Shown here piece after piece: positions 22,311-33,600 of a DNA stretch of 64,000 nucleotides. Origin of the DNA: Selaginella moellendorffii (Eukaryota > Plantae > Lycopodiophyta); contig NW_003314270.1 in the NCBI RefSeq assembly GCF_000143415.4, forward strand, positions 618,453-682,452. The letters run 5' to 3'. The notes under the pieces are model-generated. The model searched no databases, was not told where the DNA came from, and saw only the letters and a list, made by a program, of their open reading frames with translations. Each line of letters opens with the position of its first letter. Positions within the stretch are counted from its first letter, which is position 1. The translations under genes were made by a program, and so were the position numbers.

Positions 22311-23819
22311 ATGTCATCGCGCCCAGGAATTGGCCGGGCCAGAAGCGCGGAGAGCTCCCCACGGACATCCAGAGCGGGGAGGAAGAAATCGCCCAATGTA
22401 GAGGCGTCGGCGCTGGCTCTCTCGCCAATTGCGACGAGGACCGGGTGTGGCGGCTCTCAATCCGCGTTGCAGTCAGCGTGGATCCAGAGGATTATCCCTC
22501 TCTCACGGACTTTCGTGTCGGAAGATCATCCAGAGCTCTACGTAAAGAAAAGGATCGATAATATGGAGTGTACCGACGAAGAAGAGGATTGCCAGCCGGA
22601 GGTCTCGGGATTTAAGTTCGATGCTCCATCGAGCTGGTTGACGATGAGAAACTCCGAGAGAGAAGAAACAGAGGTGTTTCCAGGGGCAAGGATCTCTGGA
22701 TCGCGACAGCATTCTACAGGATTACGGGGCAAGAACTCGGTTTCGTCCGACTCGAAAGTGGTTCCTGTTGCGGAAGACGAGGTGATAAGTTCCAAGTTTA
22801 CGAGCGCAAAGGTTGTAGAAGAACAGGGATTGGAACAGCAGCACAACGAGCTTCTCCGGTCGGCATGGTTTGCAAGGATAACTCGGAAGGATTTCTCGAT
22901 AGATGGTGATAGTAATCAGCAGCAGCAGCAACAGCAGCAGGGACTACGATCCTTTCCTCCACTTAAATCCGGGGAGCAGTGGCCGGGAACCTTGAAGCCG
23001 TCTGGTTTGCCACCGCTGAGGATACCATCGACGAGAAGTACTGAAAGGTCGGAACAATCGTTGCCTTTGCTCACTCCAGTCGCTGTGCCGCCAAAGCCTC
23101 GAGACGATAGCGAAGAAGAAGACAGCAATGAGAAGGAAGCGCCATCGCTGATACGAACTATTTCCTTGTTCGACTCGGTGAGTGCGTCGGGATCGTCCTT
23201 CACTTGCAGCTTGCCTTCAAACTTCGCGAACGAGAGGAGCAACTCCGATCGCACCAAGAGCTTGCAGGACCGATTCGGTTTCATCAATGGGACCGTCAGG
23301 CCTTCGAGAAAGAACTCCAATGCATCGAGGTCGTCTGATACCAATAGCCTTTTCGAGGATGAAGGTGGCGAGGAGGTCCAGTCTCTTTCGCGCCGTGACG
23401 AACTCAACACTGCGAAAACTGGAGGTGAGTTTTCATGATCTGCTACTTATAGACCATGGTTTTCATATTTACTTGTCTCTTGCGCAGGCAAAGCTCTCTC
23501 GCGGACTTCTATAGAATCAAATGTAAGAGAAACCTTTTTTTCTCTGATATTCCAGATTGTCTCATATCCGGCATGCTGTTTCACATTCCAGGAAAGATCA
23601 AAAGTACCACTCGATCAACCCCAACCCCACCATGACGAAGATCTTCCAAAATATAACCTGAGAAGCCCGCCACAAAGAGAGAGGCCTCCGGCATCGCTTC
23701 ACAACTCAAAGTCCGTAAGAGGGGGACAAATGGCTCTTTCTTTTCAGCCAGGCTCGCAGCAATGGCTTCATAGGTGGTGTTCTCCTAGTCCTTACAAAGA
23801 TGGGGCTCGAGCAAAGTAG
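22311..23819 (+). CDS. Hypothetical Ser-rich, largely disordered protein
   Basis: A 381-codon open frame (22293-23438) ends at a GTGAGT donor and is followed by three small plausible exons to TAG 23819. Contains a poly-Q tract. No family recognised and the start is uncertain. Confidence 0.55.
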
Positions 23820-24147
23820 AAAAGAGAGAAATTAATGTAGATTAGAAACACAGATTTGTGAATGCTAATCAAAAGTTGGTACACAGAAAGCATGAAATAT
23901 CAAGCTTTCAGCTTCTAATGTAGTAATGTGTTCTTTCCAAATTTCATGTGAATGCGAAAATCTCTTGTTCCAGTGAGCTCTTAAAAATAAAATAGAAAGT
24001 TTCATGCAAATCGCCAAGCAACGTTCGATTTTTAATGAGGAAATCTTAGCAAGCAGCTTTCTCTTGGTAAATATCAACATTGTGTTTAGAGAAATTCTGT
24101 GTGTTGCTTATTCAAATCAGGAAGGATTAAAAGGCAAAGGAAGAGAA

Positions 24148-24556
24148 TCAGCCAAACACGCAGTTGTGGTGGGCATCCGGGACCGCATTCAGAGCTTGCT
24201 GCAAGATGTCCTCGGCAGCGTCGACGATTTTGCTGATGGCCCCGACCGCCGCCTGATCGTCATCGGACAATCCCCTAATCCCATTTTCATGTAGTAGATG
24301 GACGCCGCGAAGTAGATTTGCGCATTGTCCACCGCCGGGGTGCCCGATGCGTGCCCCCGCTGGCAGTATCCGCGTACGCGGCCGAGGCAGCGCTCATGCA
24401 CTTGCGGAGAATGGCGTCGGCGGGCGTGGTGTTGCCGGAGGATAAAACGCCTTTGATCTGTTTCTCGAGGCTCTGCATGGCCAACGTGTCCACGTCGTGG
24501 CTGAGTGCGGGCGCAGCCAGGAGGATGGCGCAGCAGATGAGTGCAAGGGCAGACAT
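24148..24556 (-). pseudogene. Secreted PMEI/invertase-inhibitor-like gene with two apparent frameshifts
   Basis: Signal peptide MSALALICCAILLAAPALS, then ILRKCMSAASAAYAD. The next frame gives VDNAQIYFAASIYY..DC and the third frame AISKIVDAAEDILQQALNAV..CVFG*, following the PMEI helix pattern. Confidence 0.45.
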
Positions 24557-25007
24557 ATTTTATCTTCTGCGTGCGGAATTCAAGATTCAAGTTGAAGATG
24601 AGATGAAAATATGCCTGGAGTATTATTTTGGCCTGGGGGTATTTATGTGTATCCTGGAGGTGATTCTTTTAGAAATTTGTGGGGGAATCTGGGTGTGCAT
24701 GTTGCATATTTCTGAGGGGTTTATTAATCTTGCTTGTGTGCATCCCTGTTTTGGTTTTAGTGGTATTTTGAGCGAGGAAGAAGAAATAGTTTTAAGGTAG
24801 TGTTTGAAGCCAAAATACCATAAAAAAATCAAATTATAAAGTATAAATGTTTAATTGTTTGTGGCATATTCATTTTCTTAGACTATAGTATTCTACAAAA
24901 TCGCATTTGGACAATAGTTATACCACTGGAGATAAATAGTAAATACATATTTGATAGAGTATTGTGTTGCGGCTAGGAGGAGGAGAGGGGATTGCCAATC
25001 TCGTGTC

Positions 25008-26160
25008 ATGGCAATTGGCGGCATTTGCGTAGAGGCGCCTCTAGCTAGGGTTAGGGTTTATGGAGGGGAGCGCGCTGCCGCTGCTGCTCGGCTCGGGCGC
25101 TCGGCGTTCGCCGGGGCGCGGATTGCGCCCGGGAGGAGGCAGTTGCATTGCATTCGGGCGGCCAGGGGAATTGGAATCACGGCGGAGCTGAAGAAGGCCG
25201 TGGCTGTGCTCAAGGGCTCCGTGGATGGAGTCGTGCATTTGGAACAGGATGGAGACGGTAACTTTTCTTCTTTCTTTTAGGCTTTTGCAAGTAGAGATTG
25301 GCGAGCAATTTGGAAGAAATGTAGCTTACAGCCATGATCGATTTTTGTGTTTCTTCGTTCTTCTGTACGTTGATTCTTGTTTTCTTTGCTCCATGCAGGC
25401 CCAACGACTGTGAAGGTGAAAATTTCTGGGCTAACTCCTGGCAAGCATGGGTTTCACTTGGTATGCATGGAAAAAAAGTTCTTGGCTTTTTTATAACAAA
25501 ACTTACAGCATGAATTCGGGGACACGACTAATGGCTGCCTATCTACGGGTGAGTCCCTCAGTTTTTTTGTTTTTTTTTTTGCTTTTCTTGATCCTTGTTA
25601 GCTTACAATCAATCCCATTCTGGTGGTTTTAAATGCAGGCGCGCATTTCAATCCCGAGAACAAGACGCACGGTGGACCGAATGACTCGGTCAGGCATGCT
25701 GGAGATCTCGGAAACGTTGTAGCTGATGACAAAGGTTCGACGTCTTGTATTCTCTCTTTTCTTCTGCAAACTGCAAACGCTTTTGAGTACAGGCAATGTG
25801 GACGAAGTTATCGTCGATTCCCAGGTACGAGAACTAAAGTTTCTTCTAACCTTTGGACTCTTTTCCTTGTTGCTGCAGATCCCGCTGTCGGGTGTAAACT
25901 CGGTCATTGGAAGAGCTCTAGTGATTCACGAGCTGGAGGATGACCTCGGGAAAGGTGCGAATCCTCCTGAATCTTCATGTTAAGTGCCATACTCTGACGT
26001 AACTCGGTGTCGTTTTGTTGGACGCTTGCTCCAGGTGGACACGAACTCAGTCCGACAACTGGTAACGCAGGAGGTCGACTCGCTTGCGGTAACCATTTAC
26101 TTCGCATCAATCAGAGCTAATCGCGTTTGAAACGCAGGTGTTGTGGGTCTAACTCCCTGA
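25008..26160 (+). CDS. CSD2: Chloroplast Cu/Zn superoxide dismutase
   Basis: Transit peptide followed by [83 protein letters not shown]. Eight exons with introns down to 48-49 nt. Confidence 0.97.
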
Positions 26161-27676
26161 AAGAGAGCGAAAGAGAGAGGGGGAGAATGAGAGATCACCA
26201 GTCTCTCGTGGCTTGTGCCTCGTTCTCCCTCCTCGAGAGTGATATATCCTCTCCCTCTGCTGGCCGCGCTTCTGGCAATTCGAATAAAGTGGTAACACCT
26301 TGAGAGAGAGCTGGTTTATTGTTTTTCTCTTCTTCTCTCTTCTTTGCTTTGCTTTCCATTGTTCCAGAGTTTTGGCTCGGCTCAGGCTGGGCTTCGCTTG
26401 ACACATTTGCGTTGAGGAGTCACACGGTAACCAGTAAATGTCTTTTGGCAGTTTCGACTGTGTCTCTTCAGGGCCAGCTGCTGCTACTGCTGATTGCTGT
26501 TAGCATCGCTGCGCTCGCGTATATGTGCTGCTACTGACGTCCGTTTTTGTGTGTGTACGCATATTGCGAAGTCACTCTCTTATCTTCTCCTAGTCGGGGC
26601 GTTATGTGTGAATGGCGAGCGCTAGAGGTATGTGGTCCGCCTTTACACCACAGGAAATAAATCGCATTGCGCTCTCTCTCGCTGCTCGTTTCCAGAAAAA
26701 ATGAAAAAGCGGAAAAAATCTCGTAAGAACTGCGACGCGCGCAGAAGTTAGTGTGGGTGGCTTGTCGACGTCGCCATGAAACACAAAGAAAAGCGCAAAA
26801 AAAAAAGCTGCGAGGTTAAAAAAAAAAAAATGGGCCCCGTATAGCTTTGTCACTTACAAGAGCGATAAACACACGGAGACACGCGCGGCTAAGATAAGAT
26901 ACCAGTGGCCTGGAGGATGCCATATGCTCGTCCGTGTGATCTGCCGTACACGCGTACGGGCGATCAAAATATTCAGTGGTTGGGTGTTCGATTCCCTTAT
27001 CTATAGCGTCGTCGGGCGTCCAGGGATCGAATCTCGCGGGCTTCGATGCTTAAAAGTCGCCGTCTTTGACCGAGTTCTTGGTTTTTATTTTTTTCTTGGG
27101 CATGGGTCGCAGTGAAGAACTCATAGACTGATGACAATGGAATAATTAAAACCCTGGCTTGATGCCTCTTCACTCACTGTGTCTCCTCTCTTGTTGTTGG
27201 TATTCACACAAAATTTAGCATTGTGTCCCACTCTAAAGCTCAGAAACTAAGAAAGCTTTCCTTCGTCTTCCTCGTCTTGTTTGTTCTTCATGCATCTCTG
27301 GAACAAAGCTGGACAGCCGCTCGAGCGCATAGATCTCTTTTTTTTTCAAGCACTGCATTGTCGACGCTGGATCTGCCACTCTCTTTTTCTTTCATTCCTT
27401 TGCTCTTTGATGATAGAAGTAGCCACGGTCACTGCAAACTCTGCCTCGACAAAACAGGCTTTAAACTTGCGAAAGTGATAAGCTACCTCTTCCTGGACGG
27501 AGAAAGAATAAGGAAGAACAAAAAGAAAGAAAAAAATCTCCCTGTGATGACCTTTGGCTCGCTGTGGTGGCTGGCTGCGTTTCAGCTGTGTGTGATGTTC
27601 TTGGTCCCCTCCCGGGTTTTAATTCCTCCTTCCTCTTTCTCGTCGCCTAGCTCGTCAATCAAAGTTTGCTGGATCG

Positions 27677-29434
27677 TCAGGCTAGAACCAGTCCGCAGGA
27701 GAGAGCCATGAGCAAAACCGCGCCTTCCTCCTCGTCCTTCGGCACCGATCTGTTGCTGCTGCTGATAAGCAGCTGTTGCTGCTGTTCTTGAGGAAGCAAG
27801 CGCACCATGCTTCCAATCTGCCGCTTCTCCCTCGCGAAAGCCATCCGGCTCTTCTTGTAAGGATGCCGGAGGTGTTGCTGATCGCTCGTGATCCGGGCCG
27901 AGCTAGACTGATCCAGCTTCCGCTTCCCAGCCGGGCTCGCGGCCGGAGCTTCCTGATTGTTGCTGTTCCTCCTCGCTTTCCTCAGCCGGATGCCGCAGGC
28001 GTTGCAAAGAGACTGGAAAAGAAAAACGACAGAAGCGAGTGAGTTGATCGGGAAAACCAAGAACTTTCGTGTAAGACTTACCTTTGGACCAAGTGGACCA
28101 TTCCTCCACAGCGGCGTTTTCATTGTTCCACAGTGCTTACACGTCCTCGTGGAGACATTATTGTTGCCGTGCGCGCCAACGGAGCCCATCCCATCGCCCC
28201 GGCTCGATCTCCCGCTGGGCGAAACGGGGTTGTCCACCGCGCCGGAAGTGGCAGCGGCGGCCAGCCTTGTCCTCGGCGAGCCGAGGAGGAGCTGATCGAT
28301 CTCGGATGACCCCTTTGGATGTCGCTTCATGTAAGACTGCCGAAAGGACGACGATTTCTCGGAATGGCTCCTTGCATCGTCGTGATCATCACTCGCCTGG
28401 CACACCCAAGAAAAAAAGAAAGCGTCAATACCAAAACCAGAAAAAAAAAAAAGGAAAAAAGAGAAAGAACTAACAGGAGGAAAATGAAAAACCACGCAAG
28501 AGGACAAGGATCAAGTGAAGAACTCAAGACGCTATCAGCATTCTTCTCTCTCTCTCTCTCCTTTTTTTTTTTTGGTTTTTTTTTTTTCCCTTTTTCACTT
28601 TACCTGTGATGTGCTACTCGTGGTCGAATCCGACTCCGCGGCGGAGGAGTTGGAGATGGTGTCCGGATCCTGTCTCTTCTCCTGATCCATCCCCTTGCAT
28701 TTGCTCGTCAAGCAATCCACCGCCGTTTGCTCGCTCGAGCGCTCCTGCTCGTGATCGTGATGATCCTGATCGCGATCGTCGAAGCTGATCATGTTTTGCC
28801 TCACCACCAGCACCTTACGATCGTCGCCGCCGCCCTCGATCTCCTCCTCCTCCTCCTCCTCCGCCACTCCCTGATCCACCGGATCCTCTCGAGCCTCGCC
28901 GGCTGCCACTACCCCAGGGACAAGCCCATCGAACTTCGTATCGCGATCGCCCTCCTCCTCTGGATGCTGGATCACAAGGCTCTTGGGCGTCGTCTCCAGC
29001 TCCTCTAGCTCCACCTCCCTATCCACCACCGCGGAGGAGAAGGGACTGCTGGCGGCATCAGAGGATCCGGCCTTGGCAGCTCCAGTGGCCGACGCTGGGC
29101 TCCTCTTCCACTCCCCAGACGAGGTCGGGGAGGCCGAGATCGGCGAGTCGTGATTAACGGCAACCTTGATCGAGGAGCTGGAGAACTGCGAGCGTAGCTG
29201 CGGGCGTCGCTTACCACATATGCGCTTACTGGCCGCGGGGGACGATCCATGATCCGGGGACGCCGCCGTGGCGGCGCTAGCGCTGGCGCTCTTCATGTGA
29301 TCACTGCAACTGGTGGAAACTCTCTCGGCTAGGGCGGCGCCGCTGGGATCCTTCTCGTTGGTCTGCCGGAGCCAAAACTTCTTATAGTGACTGCGCCCGT
29401 AGATGGGAGGAGAGAGGCATGGAACCTGCAGCAT
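27677..29434 (-). CDS. B-class GATA transcription factor with C-terminal LLM domain (GNC/CGA1-like), 493 aa
   Basis: Exons 29434-28604, 28396-28082 and 28012-27677, all phase 0. Zinc finger [29 protein letters not shown] and C-terminal DEEEGAVLLMALSCG. Confidence 0.9.
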
Positions 29435-29712
29435 TATAATCTATCCTCTCCCCGCGCGATCCACAGGGGAATTCCCCGCGATCCAACGCCTCCGCCGCCG
29501 CGATCACGATGATCCTGCCAAGAAGAGACCCGCGCACGCGAAATATTTCGCTAACCTGCGAGGAATTGCGCCGCCGGGGCGCGGCAGCATCGGAATCGAG
29601 CGTCGCCGCGCGCTAGGGCCGCGCAAACCCTCGGCGATCGGAGAACCACCGCCCGCCCGCTCGATCGAGGGAAGCAAATAGAAGAAAGACTGTGAGCGCG
29701 GCTGGATCGATG

Positions 29713-29716
<4 letters not shown>

Positions 29717-29743
<27 letters not shown>
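29717..29743. repeat. (GA)n microsatellite in the GATA upstream region
   Basis: About 13 GA units, read directly from the sequence. Confidence 0.9.
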
Positions 29744-29746
<3 letters not shown>

Positions 29747-30649
29747 TGAAGATCACGCGGCCGGATCTAAAGCTTGCGAGACAAGGCGGCGAGAATATGA
29801 GAAGGGCGCGCGACGCTAGAAAAGAGGCCCGCTTAATAGGAATGGGCGATCTTTCTCTCTTTGATAAAGCGGCGCCGCCATATCCCAAGAAGAGGGAATC
29901 CAGTGGCGCCGCTGGTCCTTTACAGCCGTCCAATCCCAGCCCCATCTCCAGCCGTCGATGCCCCATCTACGCCCCCGATCCGACGGCCACGGATCGCCAC
30001 CGCGAGGCTTTCCCGACACGAAATATCTCGCCCGGGAAGGGTGGTCCAAAAATAAGACTTTAGGGCGACCGCGGGTTTTGGCCATGGCGCGCGCGGCTGG
30101 TTTAGGATGCGTACGGCCGGCTCACGGGGATGTGTACGAACGGTACGGCCGGCTCTGTCGGCGTGGGGTTAGTTAATTCCCCCAAAAGTTACCATCTGCT
30201 GATACCCTGTTGGCGCGCTGGATCGTTTTCTACGAGTAAATGCCCCCCGCCATTCTGCGAAAGAAGGATGCCCTAAAAATTGCGGCGCCAAAGCGAGCCA
30301 ACGGTGCGATCGACGTTGTGCGATCGTGGCCGTCGGGGGAGCTCACGATATTCTTTTTCCATTTTTTTTTCCTCGCGGTGAAAACGACCGCATTTGCCCG
30401 TGAAGTAATTGCTACATCTACCTGGAGGAGGCTTATCGTCATCATCACCATCATCGTTCGATCGGTTTGACCCACCCCACATTTACCACGAAGGCTATAG
30501 TAAAAACTTGTGAGCGTTAACTAATTGGGGTGGCTCCATCTCTCCCAGTTTGTTTGGTTGAACGAAACAGTTAATAGGAGTTTAGGTTTGGGGAGCGCGC
30601 GCTCGAAATATTTTCGTGTGATTCGCGAGGCGGCGACGAGGCGGAGGAA

Positions 30650-33600
30650 ATGCTGGGCGGAGGAGGAGGAGGAGGATCTGGCGCTGGCAGCGGCGTAGAG
30701 GGATTGCTGGCGCCGGAGCCGAGCCTCAAGGCGAGCAGCCACTTCAAGGTAGGGCCGCGATTGCGCGCCGAGGGCGTCATGGCGCCCCCAGCTTCCGATG
30801 CCGCCACGCTCCGGCGGCAAGTTTCGGCGCTCCAGATGGATCTCGAGGCGCACATCGATGGCGAGGCGCGGCTCCAGACCATCAATCAGCAGCTGCGAGA
30901 AAGGTGAAACTTGGCCCCATCGCTGACTATTCTCTCACGAAAATGTAAGTAGAATGAGTCGGGATTCTTTCTTAGCTAGCTGACATCCTTTGTGGATCCA
31001 AAGGCAGGTTGGAGCTCTACATGAAGCAAAACCACGAGAATGTGGAGCGCGCGGAGAGTGAGCTGAACACACTTCATGAAGATATGGAGCAGACGTTGGA
31101 GCTGCAGAGGAGATTGGCTCAGAGGTGGGCTTGTGGTGATTGAAAAGATATGGTGGTCACGAAGCTTTTATCACAGAGCCTCGTTACTGGAGAAGGAGAA
31201 AAAGGAGCTCGAGGAAGCCCTTCAAAAACGTTCCCAAGAATTCCAGAGCGAGCGTTCGTCTTTACAAACTCGTATTGATACTCTAGTCGAAGACATTGCT
31301 TCGAGGCAGGACTTGCATAACCGGTCTAAAGCTCTTCAGGTGGTTGTTCTTCTATTCGTTTAATACCTACCATTGTCTCGGATTCCAGGCAGAGCTCGAA
31401 GAAGCTTCAGTAGCAAAGCAGAAGCTTGAAGAGCAGCTGCGAAACTATTCTAATGATTCCGAATCTGTGAAGCGACAGGCAGAAGAATACAAGAACGAAC
31501 TTGACAGGTTTATTGCGAAGGTGCTGCAAAAGCATGAAATTGAGGAAGTCCGTGAACTTATTTGTTTGTTTCAGGAACATCGTGACACGTTAGTTGAAAA
31601 CAAAGGAAAAAAGGTGCAACTTCGGAGGTGGTTTCGATGGTTTCAACAATGTATCAAGGAGAAATCTGCTTTAATGGCCAACGAAGACGCTGCTACAGTC
31701 TTTGCCAAGTGTAGCTGCTCCAAAAGAGGAATGCGAGCTCTTCGGCTGGCCACGACGAGGGCAGCTAAAATACGAAATTCCGAGAAGTGCCGAGGTCAGG
31801 TACAAGCTTAGCTTTCTGTAATCTTCTGGTTCTCCTTTGTTAACGGTGTGCTCTTTTAACAGGCATGTTTACAAGACTGTTGGAGAGCATGGCGTCTGTC
31901 AACTTTAGCCAAAAGAAAGTATTTTGGGACCCTGGAGCACAAAAACCGTACCTGCAAATGCAGGATGATGTTCAAGTGGAAGAAAGCGGTGCAAATGGGG
32001 AAGCTTAGCGACGTGGAAGAGAAGTCTCTTACCAATGCGGCGTGTAGGCATTGGTCTGACACCATCCGCCGCCGGGTTCTCACTTACTGGCTTCAGTGGG
32101 TTTTATACTGGGCTCGACCGAAACATTTAAGACTCAAGGGGTTACAGTGTCGCTTACACCGGCTCACATGCAAGCAAGTCATATGTGGATGGCAGTCCTT
32201 GGTACGAGCTAGACGGTGCAAAAGACTGAGGCTATCTCAGGGAGATACGCAGCGGCGACGTTGGCTTCAGATACGAGCTCTCAAACGGTAAGTATTGGTT
32301 AATTAGCAAGAACATAACTCACACTGATGTGTCAGATGGAAGAGTGCTACTATTTCAAACAAGATAGGGCGGAAGTTGAATTCGAGGGGCTTGGCATTCT
32401 ACAAACTTCATCAGTACCAAACAATAATTCATACCTGGAAAGGGTTCATACACTTGAAAAGAAACGAAAAGCTTTTAAAAACAATGGCCTTCAGGCACTA
32501 CCTTCACGTCTTGAAGTCGAAGGTATGGTCTGAACCATTTCTGAAATTGAGCTGAGACCGGTTGCTTGCAGGGCGTGTCAACTTGGAGGAAGAACGTCAA
32601 GTTTCAACGAGCGGAAGAAAGGGCCATCCATCAAATGAATCATGCTCTATGCAAAGCATCGCTGTCTCTATGGCAAGACTATCATGCTGCGCACGCTATA
32701 AAGTAAGGAAGTAAGTTGTAGGCTAAGCTATTTGATGCGACTCATGAAAGAAAAATGTTTTTTTGTCAGGAAGCGTAAGGAGCTAAAAGCGTTGATCAAC
32801 TGTAGCAGGAGGGACAGAAAGGTTCGTTTTGAAGGTTCAAGCTGATCGCTCAATGTTTCCGATCATTTTTTGTTTTCTTTACAGGTTGCACGGTCTTTGT
32901 TCTTGTTCTGGTGGGAGGAAATTGTAGCCAGAAAACTTGCATTGCGACTGGCATATCGACTGGCTGCTCAACGAATGCGTGCGAAAATACGGTCCTGTTT
33001 AAAGACGTGGCTGCACGCGGCTTTCGGACATGTTCTAGTGTCAAATCTGAAGCTTCAAAATGATCTTTTAGATTCCAAGGTATGGCATTCTGTATTGCAT
33101 GGTAGACTTTGGTGTAATGCTGCTCTTACTTTCAGGCACAATTTGAAGACCAGAAAGAACAAACGAATGTGATAGACGTTGAAAATCTTCAGCTCATCGA
33201 TCGTCTTCACAGTTTATCCTCTGAGATTGCCATGCTGAAGCTGACGATCAATGAAAAAGAGAAGCAAGAAGAAGATTTGCACCGCGTTCTCGAAGATGGC
33301 GCATTGATTGAAAGCTCAATGCAGGGAGAACTGGACTTGCAGCGGGCGCACGTCCAAGAGCTTCAACTGGAACTTTTCAAACTTCAGGTTTTCAACATTT
33401 CTGCTTTTTCGATCACTTGACACTGACTTGCTCGTCCAGAGAAAGCTGCAAAAGAAAAACATTGAAGACACCGAAGGAGAGGTTCATCACACAATGGCCA
33501 CGCAGAAGCTCCAACGGGCTCTGAAGGATCTTCAGAGGCAGCTGTCGGACAAAACCTTGCAGCTCAATGCATATGAGAAGGTCTGGCAGCTACTTCTTTT

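Noticed and set aside
26149-26537. Short ORFs and purine/pyrimidine tracts downstream of CSD2 (possible peptide gene or miR156/529-like hairpin)
   Set aside because: Low-complexity GA/CT pairing only, with no recognisable mature miRNA or peptide motif. Probably 3' UTR or intergenic.
26900-27035. B-box-like GTTCGATTCCC suggesting a tRNA or SINE
   Set aside because: No cloverleaf or acceptor stem could be built, and there is no properly spaced A box.
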